From: Tubulanus polymorphus
Lineage: Eukaryota > Animalia > Nemertea
Assembly (NCBI RefSeq): GCF_964204645.1
Contig: NC_134025.1
Location: forward strand, 19,629,101-19,693,100
DNA length: 64,000 nt
Reading direction: 5' to 3'
In this document: in pieces, positions 51,456 to 64,000 of the stretch
Numbering within the stretch: the stretch's first letter is position 1
Layout: each line of letters begins with the position of its first letter
Notes under the pieces: model-generated
Databases searched by the model: none
What the model was told of the DNA's origin: nothing
The model's input: the letters and a program-made list of their open reading frames with translations, nothing else
Program-made: the position numbers and the translations under genes

Positions 51456-53149
51456 CTAAAAAAGTAAACAAGGAGGTTAAAGGACACCATGCCCATTAAG
51501 AGGATAATTACAATATTCAACACTTCCTGGTGAAAATATATAGAAACCAATGACCTTGAAACCCGCCATAAGGCCACACCAAAAAACCCATTTCTCGGGT
51601 GAAGTAATCACCTAAGTGGGTAGGTAGGTAAGGATTTTTTTTCTTTGTTGAGAAAAAAAAGTTTAGGGTATTCTTCCAAAAGTGGGTAGATAGCCGTAAA
51701 TAATTTTCTACAGAACCAAATTTCCAGTAAAACATATGATTATGTGCTAGAAGACCACAGAAATGAAAGGAAGTTCACATTAGCTAACCCTAACCCTAAC
51801 TCTTCAGTGAGACATGGAAGAAATGCCCCCGTTCATTGAAGGACGCGTGCGGGTTAAGATGCCATAGCACATTGGCTATCCTGAACAAGCAGGATTCTAC
51901 TGAAGTCATGCTTGCAGAAAATTCCATTCCTTCTAATAAATCAACTAAATCATTGAATAACTCTTGTTTCTTGGTTTTTACTTCAACTTTTTTATCACAT
52001 TTTTCTTGTCGTATAAGCCCCAGCGAACAAAAAAAAAAATTTTCTCAATAAAACAAAATTGAATTGGATTTGCTGTTTTACCTTGTTCATTACCTACCCT
52101 GACCCTCACATCAAATTTTATGGAAATCCATCAAGAATTGCGGGTTGCATCTTGCAAACAAGGAACTCAAGATGGCCACCCCAATGGCAGCCATATTTGA
52201 TCACCAATGAGATTTCTTTACAATAGGGGTGGACATCTTACCAGACCCAATCTTCAAGCTAATTTTCAGAAAGATTCATCGCAAATTACAGGCGAATTAC
52301 TGTGTCGAATTCAATTCAATTCCAGAGGGCCTGGCTTAGGCCTATGTAATCGAGTCAATTAAGATTCAACTTTTTGAAAAACCAGCACAGATGCCTATTC
52401 AAATCGCATGTAATTAAAATATTAAGTGCTTCTTAGTTTGATGTCCCTGTTTTCATCGCACCCGCGTCTGTCAATCATCTCAATTGATTCATATAAAATG
52501 CTCAACTATGAAAAAACTATGCAGTGAATCAATCCGGAATTTTTCAGACACTTGGTACCTTTCTTTAAAGGTTTATTTGTTGTATGTCATTAACAATCAG
52601 TAATATAATACTTTATTCATAACTTTGAAGCGGCGTGCCGTCAGCGAATGCTCAATCAAGGCCAACAATAACACGAAACAGACCACGGTTTTGCCAGTTA
52701 AGAGCGTCTCTCCACATAAATTAGAGGGACTGTAATGGACCATTTGTTGACACTAACCTTTTAACAAACTTTGTATGGAAAAAACCACGATAATTCCACC
52801 CTATAATTCCACTATTCAAGATCGACGCGCAGCTTAAACATGGCGCTGCCATTCAATACGCTAGTCACGATGTATCTCTACACACATCAAAATCACACTT
52901 GAATTACAAGTGTTGACTTATGAGAAACGATCGAAATCTAGCAATTTGATTGGGAAAATAGCAGCACTATAGTTGAAAAAAGTTGATAAACCACCTCCGA
53001 CTGTCCAATCATTTAAAAGCTTTGCCTTCACATGGCACTATTTCCGCCTTATCACAGGTGCACTCTGCCGCCGTGATTCGCCCATTCAACGATAAAAACT
53101 TTCCCACGGTCTTACTATCGGCATTTTCTCATAATTTTGGGAAATAAAA

Positions 53150-54437
53150 CTAGGGGTCCAGGGACACCATGCCCACTTGGGAAGTGGTTTCCAATGCTCA
53201 ACAATCTAACAATTTCAATGTTCAACGCCACCTGGTGACCATATACAAAAACCAATGACCTTGAACCTCACCACAATCATAGAACATGAGGCAGCTATGA
53301 TTTTGTAATTGATTGTGATAACAAAATATGTCTCGTTACCAATTTAATATGGAAATACTAAGTATTCTACTATTCAACGCCCCCTGGTGACCATATTCAA
53401 AACCCAATGACCTTAAAACTCACCATAATCATAGAACATGTCATAAACTACAACTTTGCAATTGATCATGATAACAAAATATGTCTCGTTACCAATTTAA
53501 TATGAAAATACTAAGTATTCTACTATTCAACGCCCCCTGGTGACCATATTCAAAACCCAATGACCTTAAAACTCACCATAATCATAGAACATGTCATAAA
53601 CTACAACTTTGCAATTGATCATGGTAACAAAATATGCCTAGGTACCAATCTAATAAGGAAATACTAAGTTATTTTACTATTCAACGCCCCCTGGTGACCA
53701 TATAGGATAACTAATGTCCTTAAAACTCACCACAATCATAGATGATGTCATGAGCAACAACTTTGCAATTAATTATGGTAACAAATATGCTTAGGTATCA
53801 ATATAATGTGGAAAAACTTTTTCCCACCTTCTAATGAGTACTGATGATACCAAGATGGCCGCCAATTGCGTCACAAATGGCCGATCAAAAATACCTGGCT
53901 CAGGTTTAAAACAACCCTTTCCAAGGAATACCCAATCAAAAATTGCAATGAGAAATGGCAAACCAGTAGGAGGCTACAGGACTCAGAATTTGGGCCAAAA
54001 TTGACATTTTTGGCCACTAAAAGGGTCATAGGACGGCCATCTTGAGTCCGATTGACCCAATTTTTCTTATGGTGATGGGCCCTGGGGGGATTCAAATATA
54101 TATGAAAGATCAAGGTAATTGATTCAAGCGTCTTCAAAATTTCCCTCAAAAAGTTCAAAAAGTGTAAAAAGTGCTGATTTTGACGAACAACAATGGCTGC
54201 CAGTCGGCCATATTGAATCTGAGAGGGCCAGTTTTTGGGCTGAAGATGTGTCTAGGGTAGACACATGTATAAACCAAATATCAAGACATTACCTTGAAGC
54301 CTCTTCAAAACTTCCCAAAATAACTGGATTCCGTCTACGGACGGACGGACGGACCGACGGACGGACGGACGGACGGACGACGGACGAAAAGTGAACGCAA
54401 TAGCCCGCTGGGACTAAAGTCCCAAGTGGGCTAAAAA
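53150..54437 (-). mobile_element. Full-length HINE/Helentron-associated element
   Basis: On the minus strand: TTTTT-agcccacttgggactttagtcccagcgggcta hairpin, (GTCC)n microsatellite, about four 154-bp tandem units, subterminal tcccaagtgggca and terminal CTAG|T. Confidence 0.88.
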
Positions 54438-54884
54438 GCGAAATTTCACACTCTGCATTAATAAGATTAAAGTATTTATTCGTTTGACAAATCTTCCTCT
54501 GAACTCCCACCAACAACTTATAAATGGCGACACGAAAATGATGTCATCGACTCACTACCATCTTATAACCTTCATGACTATGAAGGTTAAAACTTGACAT
54601 ATAGTACTGACTAGTAATAAAAGCACGAAATCAATATTTGAAATTGTATCGTTTTTGGCTAGATTTAGTTTCAATCTAAAACTATCCCTTCTTTGTACTG
54701 GAATCTCTCCCTACAGATGTAGTTATTTCATCGATGCTCATTTCATATCATCTCATGTGCCTGGACACCCCATGTGGTTCCTGTCATCAATACTTGCTTT
54801 TCTATAGATATCACGTAAGCTTATGTAAAATATTATGTGAAATTGAATTTTGATGACGAAATAAATAATAATTATAATAAAATA

Positions 54885-55083
54885 TTAAATTGGTAACAAG
54901 GTATATTTTGTTATCACAATCAATTAAAAAATTGTAGCTGTTGACATGATCTATGATTGTGGTGAGTTTCAAGGCCATTGGTTTTTGTATATGGCCACCA
55001 AGCGGCATTGAATATTGAAATTGTTAGATTGTTGAGCATTTGAAATCACTTTCCAAGTGGGCATGGTGTCCCTGGACCCCTAG
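54885..55083 (+). mobile_element. HINE 3'-end fragment
   Basis: One repeat unit followed by ccaagtgggcatggtgtccctggacccctag. Confidence 0.8.
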
Positions 55084-55379
55084 TTATCAGTTATGGATGC
55101 AGAAAAATATAGTTTATATTGTGTGGTCGTCATTTTGTCTTACTAGCAAAGTTGTTCGAGCAGAGCAGTACAATTTCCAGAGTCAAATTGTTGAATTGAA
55201 TTGATGTAGTAAAATATCTTTAGATATCGATTCCGTCATCACGATTTGATTAAAAAGAAAAAAATATTCATGAGAACAGTGTCGCGACCGAATGGGGTCG
55301 ATGAATTACTACGTGTCAAATCTGTATATCTTCACTCAGCGTATCCTTGCTTTATCATGTTAGCTAGGTGTACCTTGCT

Positions 55380-56064
55380 CTGTTGACCGTAACGTTTACG
55401 GCATTTATAAGCCTTTACTAGCCATATATCGTGGCAGTATACTATAAGCCTGCGTTGAGTGTATTTCGCAGTTGCCACGAGCGTGCTTTGCCCGATACGT
55501 GGGGTAAGTTTTACACAAGTTTTATATTTTCTAGTTTTCCATGATTTATAGTAATAATTCAGTAGTTTCTTGGCGTGAACGTCGAAATTTAGTAAAGGTT
55601 ATTGCGACTTATATATATAAGTGAGATTCTTAACATCCTTTTTGACATTTAATTATAATTCTATATTAAGTATAATTGTAATTGCGTTCTTACATAGTTA
55701 AAATGATAATTAATTTAATGATAGGTAGTTAATTCAGGTAACTTTAAATCATTATTTATAGTATTTGTATGATACTCAAAATGTGTTTTTGTGTCTAGCT
55801 TATATTTTGTAGCTAACGTGCATACGTGCCGCGCCGATACTATCACTTTTTCCAGCTACAAGTGCCGAGGTTACTTCTCCGGCTACAAGTGCCGAGCGAT
55901 TTTTCATCTTGTTTCCTGCAAGTGTCGTGATCCATTGCGTACCGCATGATTTGATGCAGCTGTTAATCGTTATTTCACCATGAAAGATCATTATTTCGCC
56001 GAATATAAGTATCTGTCTGCTTACTGCTTGTATATAGTGTAAATAAACGTATTCATTTCCTACA
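55380..56064 (+). mobile_element. Possible solo LTR
   Basis: TG...CA ends, AATAAA shortly before the terminal CA, short internal repeats (ctacaagtgccgag twice); no target-site duplication verified. Confidence 0.3.
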
Positions 56065-56311
56065 TGACGAGTTTCCGTTATATGGTTTGAGGTTCCCGGT
56101 CACGTGACTTCGTGACAAATGGAGAGTTTTGTAGTCGGTCAGTCACAAAATCATTTCACCCAAAATTGTGAAATAGGGTCGGACGGCAATTTTGTTTTGT
56201 TTTGAAAATAGTTTTTTGAAAAGACAAAATATCGGGCGGTCAAGCCCGAGAAACTGGGTTTTTTTGGTGTGGCCTAACTATACAGCATGTGATGAGAAAC
56301 AAAATAAGCCA

Positions 56312-57716
56312 AAGCTATGATTTTGTAATAGATTGTGATAACAAAATTTGCCTCGTTACCAATTTAATATGGAAATACTAAGTTATTCTACTATTCAACG
56401 CCCCCTGGTGACCATATGGAAAACCCAATGACTTTAAAACTCACCACAATCGTAGTACATGTCATGAAATACAACTTTGCAATTGATCATGGTAACAAAA
56501 TATGCCTAGGCACCAATCTAATAAGGAAATACTAAGTTATTCTACTATTCAATGCCCCCTGGTGACCATATAGAATAACTAATGTCCTTAAAATTCACCA
56601 AAATCATGGAAGATGTCATGAGCTACAACTTTGCAATTGATTGGGGTAACAAAATATGCCTAGGTACCAATCTGATAAGGAAATACTAAGTAATTCTACT
56701 ATTTAACGCCCCCTGGTGACTATATGGAATAACTAATGTCCTTAAAAACTCACCACAATCATAGACGATGTCACGAACTACAACTTTGCAATTGATCATG
56801 GTAACAAAATATGCCTAGGTACCAATCTAATAAGGAAATACTAAGTTTTTCTACTATTCAATGCCCCCTGGTGACCATATAGAATAACTAATGTCCTTAA
56901 AACTCACCAAAATCATGGAAGATGTCATGAGCTACAACTTTGCAATTGATTGTGGTAACAAAATATGCATAGGTACAAATATAACATAGAAATACTAAGT
57001 TATCGTATTATTCAACGCCCCCTGGTGGCCACATACAAAAACCAATGACCTTGAAACTCACCAAAATCATAGAAGACGTTATGGGCTACAACTCTCCAAT
57101 TGAATATAGTAACACAATATGCTTAGGTATCAATTTAATGTTGAAAAACTTTTTCCCACCTACGAATGAGTACTGATGACACCAAGATGGCCGCACCTGT
57201 CTCAGGTATAAAACATCCCTTTACAAAGAATACCAATCACAAATTGCAATGAGAAATGGCAAACCAGTAGGAAGCTACAGGACCTAGAATTCTGGCCAAA
57301 ATTGACATTTTTGGGCACTAACAAGGTCATAGGACGGCCATCTTGAGTTAGATCGACCCAATTTTTCTTATGCTGATGGGCCCATGGTAGATTCAAATAT
57401 AAACAAAAGATCAAGGTAATTGATCAAAGCATCTTCAAAATTTCCCTCGAAAATGTGTAAAATGTGTAAAAAGTGCTGAACAACAATGGCTGCCAGTCGG
57501 CCAACTTGAATCTGACAGGGCCAGTTTTTGGGCTGAAGATGTGTCTAGGGTAGATACATGTATAAACCAAATATCAAGACATTACCTTGAAGCGTCTTCA
57601 AAACTTCCCAAAATAACTGGATTCCGTCTACGGACGGACGAACGCTACGACGAACGGACGGACGAAAAGTGAACGCTATAGCCCGCTGGGACTAAAGTCC
57701 CAAGTGGGCTAAAAAA
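56312..57716 (-). mobile_element. HINE element lacking its 3' end
   Basis: Same 5' hairpin (57678-57716), shorter GGAC microsatellite, about five 154-bp units. Confidence 0.88.
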
Positions 57717-58032
57717 CCATCTGAAATGAGCATGATCCCTTCTCACAGTACATTCACCATGAATTTCAATGAACAATATCGAAAAGGTCACGAGATGGCC
57801 ATTTTGTGTCCGATCAACCCAAATTTCTGATGATGAAGAAAATTCATTGATTGAAGCGTCTTCAAAACTTCCCAAAATGACTTGATTCCATCTACACAAT
57901 ACACGGGTGGATAAGAAGTGAATGAGAAGTGAATGCCTGCTGGGACATAAGTCTAAATGTCCAAATGAATCAAATATTGTGCCAAAAACAAGCTTTAATT
58001 CAGTACAAAGAATAAAGTATAACAGAACTTAC

Positions 58033-58146
58033 AGCAGTCATCATCGTCAGACTGTGGAGGTAAATTTCCTCGATGAGAAAGCGCAGGAACTACATGTTGT
58101 AACATGTAACCAAGTCCAGATGTATTCTTTATTTGTTCCATTCTTG
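58033..58146 (-). CDS. Linker exon of dehydrogenase-like/RING fusion gene
   Basis: attgcag| acceptor, T|GTAAGT donor, 114 nt, phase 1-1; ARMEQIKNTSGLGYMLQHVVPALSHRGNLPPQSDDDDC. Confidence 0.8.
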
Positions 58147-58185
58147 CTGCAATATGTAAACATGATATTATTAATTTTCTACATT

Positions 58186-58352
58186 CAGTCAACCCCCGAT
58201 ATACAGCCCACATCGGTGCAGAACGATTTTGGCGATATAGAGAGTATGGCGGTATATGGGGGGCATTTTACTATGTATTGTATAGAGATATAGAGATTTA
58301 CATTTAGAAAACCTGGCGGTAAATGGGAGGGCAGAATATCGGGGTTTGACTG
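58186..58352. mobile_element. Tc1/pogo-type MITE in intron
   Basis: cagtcaacccccgatat ... atatcggggtttgactg followed by TA. Confidence 0.7.
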
Positions 58353-58402
58353 TATAAAGTTTTTCACCAAAGAAGTGAACTGCAGTGAAGATAATATTTT
58401 AC

Positions 58403-58501
58403 CTTTTTTTCGTTCCTCCCTTTGTTCTTCACTCAGTATCAAGGGTTCACCGCCGGATCGAAAAAACAAGGTTTTACCCATTTTTTCCAACAGCTGACGT
58501 A
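58403..58501 (-). CDS. Exon of dehydrogenase-like/RING fusion gene (end of NAD-binding domain)
   Basis: ttatag| acceptor, G|GTAAAA donor, 99 nt, phase 1-1; VRQLLEKMGKTLFFRSGGEPLILSEEQREERKK. Confidence 0.85.
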
Positions 58502-58582
58502 CTATAAGTAATATTGCAACGTGAATAACCTATGATTAGCAAAGCGCTCTAATCTAATATTCTAATGGTATGCTAATCTTAC

Positions 58583-58679
58583 CTTTTTCAATAACAGCAG
58601 CTGATGTGTACTTATTAGGAGCAATTTCTACTTCAGGGATATAATAAACAGGATATAGAAACCTGAGGCCGAGAGTTCT
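58583..58679 (-). CDS. Exon of 3-hydroxyacyl-CoA dehydrogenase-like NAD-binding domain (active-site strand)
   Basis: atttcag| acceptor, G|GTAAGA donor, phase 0-1; RTLGLRFLYPVYYIPEVEIAPNKYTSAAVIEK versus the canonical R..G.HFFNP....LVE motif. Confidence 0.88.
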
Positions 58680-58869
58680 CTGAAATTGAGAATTCTAGCA
58701 ATATACCTTTTCACAATAGACAAAAAGACTCAATAAATCACAATACAGGTAGATCAAGATGGTTGTTCCCTAGTATAAACATTGTACAAATGTATTCTAT
58801 CTTGTTCTCATACTTGTGCAGTCTGGTGAAGACAAGTTTTTTTATGAAGGAAGTAGATATGGTACATAC

Positions 58870-58964
58870 CTGTTGATTTGCAGTCCTCTCCATAATACTC
58901 GTTAGATCAATCCTTAATGTATTTGATGCTATTATTGTCTCTGGGTGACAACAATGGGACACCC
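58870..58964 (-). CDS. Exon of 3-hydroxyacyl-CoA dehydrogenase-like NAD-binding domain
   Basis: ttacag| acceptor, CAG|GTATGT donor, phase 1-0; RVSHCCHPETIIASNTLRIDLTSIMERTANQQ (ASNT motif). Confidence 0.88.
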
Positions 58965-59170
58965 CTGTAATGGATGACAGATAAGTTTAGAGGGTAAAAT
59001 TCGTTAATTTCTCTCATATTAGCAGTAGCGGTAGTATTAAGATAGACCAATCCTTGTCCTCTTCATTGTCCTCGTGCGGTATGTCTTGGTCCATGTGGGC
59101 CTACTTGTTGAACAATGTTTATGCCTTGCATGAAAAATATACCAGATGTTATGATGATCGATGTACTTAC

Positions 59171-59276
59171 TTTCAAAAAGATCTTGCTTAATTTCCAGAT
59201 CCTCAGCTACAGTTTCAAATATGATTTCTGCATCGTTGACAGTTTCTTCTAAACGACTCATACAAAGTATCTGACC
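59171..59276 (-). CDS. Most 5' exon found of 3-hydroxyacyl-CoA dehydrogenase-like/RING gene (upstream exons not located)
   Basis: atttcag| acceptor, A|GTAAGT donor, phase 0-1; GQILCMSRLEETVNDAEIIFETVAEDLEIKQDLFE (E...E.L..K motif). Confidence 0.88.
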
Positions 59277-59819
59277 CTGAAATTATCATAAAGTATTTAA
59301 CAGATAAGCATATTTTTGAATACAGGAATCCTTTTCTAACTCAGGATCCTCCAAACTTACATATGAGTAAAGGATGAGCGAACATTTTGAAAATTGCTGT
59401 AAATTCTGAGTCCAGTCCGATTTTCTGTCATACAGGATAAACATCTCTGTAGGCAGTTTATAGACCAAGAGACACCCTTGGTACATGTACATATCTTACA
59501 ATTAACTTTACCTTACTCATGGCCAACTAGTGGTACTTTCTCTCTCTCTGATCCTAACCAACCCCCTGCGGACCCTCCAAACTCTTACCCCATAGACCCT
59601 AAGCCCAATTGAAAAAGCTACCATTTTGTCTTTGAAGTGGTGCCATGACACCTTAGACCCACATCTAGGAAAAAGGAATAGCCAATTCAGGCCTAAAACA
59701 AAATTGCTTAGAAGTCGGGTATCTTATTTCCGATCAACCCATTTTCCTTGTGACGCTAGACCCCAGGCCAGGGAGATACATAGACCTATACATGCCAAAC
59801 TTCAAGACAATTGACCAAA

Positions 59820-60600
59820 TGTCTCCCCCTTATTCAAAGCTAACGAAATCTTAAAATTAGATGACATCAACTTTTGGCAATGTGGACACTTAATGTATAT
59901 TTATGAATAACACACTACTTGATGTTTTCAAAAATTTCTTCCCTCCATTTGTGAATATGCAACTTACTCAATTTGGTAGCAACAGAAATATTAGATACGG
60001 TACAGCCTAGAAGAAACTTAACTCCGTTTTCGTTTGCGTTTAGTTTTATATCGTTCAAACCGCGTTGTGTAATTCGTTTTCATTTAGTTCCGAACGCGTT
60101 CGACGCTCGTTAGGGACAAATATCCGTTTCAGAATTACGCCCTTTGCTGCACGCTTATGGGTGCAACGAAACTTCTAACGCTCCTATTAGGCGTTTATAA
60201 TGTTACTGCATGTATTTTACTATGTGGTCATCCAAATACAAGAGGTTGCACTCGAAAAGAAGGGGGCTGTTATTACTACGTATGTGCATTCGATATGCAC
60301 GCGCCAGACGCGTTGAATTTGAACCGCAGTAGTAACTAGTTTGATTCCCGTTTCTATTTCGTTTTATCAAATAAGAAAAACAAAAATGCAACGATCCCCG
60401 ACGAATGCTGGACGCGTTATGAGTTATGTTACTTCTAGGCTGTACCGAATAAACAGTTAAAATCAAACTTCAAAAAACGTTCTATAATAGTAAATGGACC
60501 CAAAATTTGGAATAGTTTATCACTTCATTTAAAAACCCTGTCATCCATCAAAATCTTTAAAACACATTTAAAGGACAAATTGCTTTCTTCCTATTGATTA
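59820..60600 (+). mobile_element. 3' remnant of a CR1/L2-group LINE ORF2, split by a MITE
   Basis: PLFKANEILKLDDINFWQ..LMY and SIIVNGPKIWNSL..HLKTLSSIKIFKTHLK motifs. Confidence 0.7.
60003..60442. mobile_element. Tc1/mariner-type MITE with TA target duplication
   Basis: TA|cagcctagaagaaacttaactc ... gagttatgttacttctaggctg|TA. Confidence 0.8.
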
Positions 60601-60935
60601 GATATATACAGGTTTTTTGGTGACCCGCATATTATTTTCTATGAATTTTGCAATAAGTTACTTTTCAGATAGTACATTTTTGTATGTGTGAGAGGTGCAT
60701 GGAGTGTGAATGAACCTTTTGCTTTTCTTTTTCTAATGTAACATTTCTTTTTGGGGTGGTATATCCTACAAGCTATGCTTTTTTAAAATCTTCCCCTCTG
60801 ATATATTATGTCAATCTATATGTAATTTGTGCAAAAAACATCATAATTTATAAAGCCTATTTGTTATAAATTGCTATAATTTTAGATAAACAAACAATTA
60901 TACGTGTGTCTTCAACATTACCCATAAAACCTAAA

Positions 60936-61310
60936 CTAGGGGACTAGGGACATCACCCACTTGGGAAGTGGCTTGAAATGCTCAACAAACATACCTCAAA
61001 GCTCATCACATTCATAGAACATGTCACTAGCTACAATTTTGCAATTGATTTAGGCTACAAAATATGTCTAGGTACCAATATAATAAGGAAATAAAAGTTA
61101 TGCAGCTATCCAATGCCCCGTGGTGACCATATACAAGTACCAATGACCTTGAAACTGACCACAATCATCAAACATGTCACAAGTTAGAATTTTGCAATTC
61201 ATTGTGGTTACAAAATATGCCTGTGTACCAATACAATATGAAAAAAGGCATTCAACTATTAAACGCCCCCTAGTGACCTTATACAACAACTGACAACCTG
61301 GAAACTCATC
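60936..61310 (-). mobile_element. Diverged HINE 3' portion
   Basis: ctaggggactagggacatcacccacttgggaagtgg followed by degenerate 154-bp units. Confidence 0.7.
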
Positions 61311-63500
61311 ACAGATAAAATTTCCGATAATGGACTCTTCATAATCACAGAGATAGGACAAGTACAGATGGACCTCTTGGTAGATACAGGCACCTGCTGC
61401 ACTATACTTTTGAGACTTTTGCCTACGAAGCTATACCCAAGTCACACCGACCACGGCTCAAACCATCCGACTTGAGACTCTTCGGACCAAGTAACAGCAA
61501 TATCACATTGTTGGTGGGGTAACTACTTTGACCTTCACGTTGCGTCATAACATGTTGAGAATGGACGTCATCATTGTGGATATTGCTGGCGACAAGATTT
61601 TGGGAATGGACTTTCTGAAATGAACAGGCTCATACCTAGACGTGGGTAATTCGTTGCTATTTTGCGGTACGAAGAGATCGTCTGCCACACGACGAATTTG
61701 TGAGAACACCGATGCCGAATTACTTGCCGAAATACTGACGAGGACCCTGGATGCGGTGGAAATACCAGCCCAACACCAGATGGTCATACCAACTTTATTT
61801 CCGGACACCAGATGGTCATACCATCTTCTATTTCCGGAGATTCCAATATTCCAACATTTGGTATCATCGAGGGCACGGGACGATATGAGGGTGGTGATTT
61901 GGCTTTGGCCTGAACACTGGTCGACACCCGAGGTGAAAGTCCAACTTATGTTCGTGTTATAAATAATGGATAGAGCCCTATCCTCCTACCGCAGTTTACT
62001 GTCCTGGGAAGGCTGAATACAGTATCCACGATTTTTACCGTCAAGATTGAGGAGGGGAACTCGAGACCCGAGGAACCGAATGCGAATCACGACATCCCAG
62101 AACAACTGAAAGAACTTTATCAAACCAGCATAAAGAATCTCAGCCCCGAAGACGCTCCGTGGCAGAGCTGCTTATTAAACATTCTTCAGCTTCAATGTTG
62201 CCAGCACCTCCCTCAAGAAAATTTTTGAAATTAGAAGCGTTTTCTTAGAGCGATCTTGAACCCATGAACAACTATTATATTTTGGAAGGTAATGGCTATT
62301 TCCAATGTGGCACATCCTCATTCGATGACGATCAGCATCTCACGCATTACAGGTCGAGCCCTGAATTATTGCAGTTAATCAAAGCGCCTTTCGCGAACGC
62401 TTAGTTGACAAGAAAATGTTTAAAAATAACTGCTACTGACACTGTCTGTCACACTGCTCTCTGAGCGGCGTTTTGGTCCGTAATTTCGTTAATAATTAAT
62501 TTATCTGTGAATTTATGCATCAGTGCAGTAAGGTTGACTTGGTCCCCCATTAGGTGGACACCGGGAATCACCCACCCATACGACAGGCGCTGAGACTTCC
62601 TCCCCTGACCAAGCATAAAGAAACAGAAATGTTGATCAAAGACATGCACCGCCGAGGGTTGATATGGAGGTTCCGGTCTCCATGGTTATCCCCGATTGTC
62701 CTGGTGACCAAGAAAGATGGAAGCACATGTTTCTGCGTGGACTATCGCCGACTAAACGAAGTAACGACTATTGAAAGCATGGCGATCCCGAATAGCAATC
62801 ATTCGCTGGAATGTCCAGGAGGCGCCGTCTGGTTCAGCACCCTAGATCTGAATTCCGGATATTGGCAAATTGCGTTGAGCAAGGATGTGAAGCAGAAATC
62901 AGCCTTCATAACACAGAGTGGGTTGTGGGAGTTAACTCTGTACTTCCTTTGGGTATGTGCGGAGCTCCAGGAACCTTCGAGAGTTCCCTTTTCCAGCAGT
63001 CGGTTATTTTTCTCCGGCATGTGGTGAGTCACAAGGGTATACAGACAGATCTTGCCACTTATTACAGGAGAGTCGTCGCCGGTTTCGCTAAGATCACAGG
63101 AAGCCTCCACAGACTCATGGCTAAAGATCAAGATTTTATCTCGGGGACGAGCAGGAGCAAGGTTTCCGGGAGCTGAAAGAGAAATTGACCAACACACCTA
63201 TACTAGCATATCCGAACGTCATGGACCTGTATATTCTAGGTTGTGATGCTAGTGCCGTTGCCATCGGAGGTGTATTAAGTCCAGTGCAAGAAAAGGATGA
63301 ACACCCGATCGCATTTGGAAATCGCACGCCCAACCGCGCGGAACAAAGCTACTGCGTGACTCGGCGTGAACTATTAGCGATCATGTTCTTTGTGAAGCAT
63401 TTAAAGCACTATCTCTACCGACAAGATTTCCTCATCTGCACTGATCACAGCGCCCTCCGTTGGCTGATGAATCTGAAGGATTGTTGGGAACGCCGGATGG
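61310..63500 (+). mobile_element. Decayed Ty3/Gypsy pol (protease, RT, RNase H) with an unrelated insert at about 62170-62550
   Basis: LLVDTG protease motif; DTGNHPPIRQ..SPWLSPIVLVTKKDGS..FCVDYRRLN..FSTLDLNSGYWQI; PILAYP..LGCDAS..IGGVL..YCVTRRELLA..TDHSALRWL; many frameshifts and the YxDD region is missing. Confidence 0.92.
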
Positions 63501-64000
63501 CAGAAGCTGCAGCATCAAAGTAAATAGCAAGGAAGCAGTGCATGGAAGAGGAACAACGGCGGAGAGAAGTCAGCGAGCAGGAGAGGAGCAGGAGGGAGTC
63601 GAAGAGGTGTAGGCTGCAAGAGAAGCGTAAGAATGAGTTTGTGGAGCGAAACAGGACATTCCAGAACTCGATAAAGGAACCGCGACAATTCCAGGGCCGG
63701 CCCCGGGACATATTTCATTTCTTTGGGTTACAGAACCCCCCTTGAGTCTCGGAATTTGTCGGGTGACGATCAACCATGCTGCCAGTGGTAGTCCAGGTCG
63801 AAACCAAGTCTTCCCTTGACGTGTTACTTCTGAAGAGGACAAGAGATGAAAGAATGGCGATGAAAGAATGGCAGCCAGGGAACTGATCAGTCCCTGCATT
63901 GGACCACCAGTAAAGGCGAATTCCATCCAAGATGAAGAAGTGGTAGTTCAAGGCGAGGCATTATCGAGTCGGTCCTTGGCCGGGTTCAGATATTGGGATC

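Noticed and set aside
51783-51800. Telomere-like (CCCTAA) repeats
   Set aside because: Fewer than three units; such short tracts are common in interspersed repeats
62170-62550. Candidate upstream exon of the dehydrogenase-RING gene
   Set aside because: No GxGxxG or other Rossmann-like frame with splice sites was found; it appears to be an unrelated insert within the Gypsy remnant

Overview
AT-rich eukaryotic genomic DNA with GT-AG introns; the repeat landscape suggests a marine invertebrate, possibly a lophotrochozoan (inference). Two convergent spliced genes were reconstructed by hand with consistent intron phases. (1) Plus strand 1125-36969: a ~5,475-aa AHNAK/periaxin-like giant protein. 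It has a periaxin/AHNAK2-type PDZ domain and a 13,956-nt repeat exon with eight near-identical 1080-bp units, and unusually begins with a signal peptide and a transmembrane helix. (2) Minus strand 59276-51274, with its 5' end not found in the window: a 3-hydroxyacyl-CoA-dehydrogenase NAD-binding domain whose catalytic His is replaced by Arg, fused to a C-terminal RING finger. Between the genes lies a nested transposon pile. It includes a Harbinger remnant, a BEL/Pao remnant, and a CMC/EnSpm element whose core is replaced by a Maverick/Polinton fragment (AGTAGT end with a hairpin, penton-like gene, TAAATG gene starts). Introns carry several Helentron-type (HINE) elements, MITEs, a LINE 3' end and a decayed Gypsy element. 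All family assignments are from motif recognition, not database searches.
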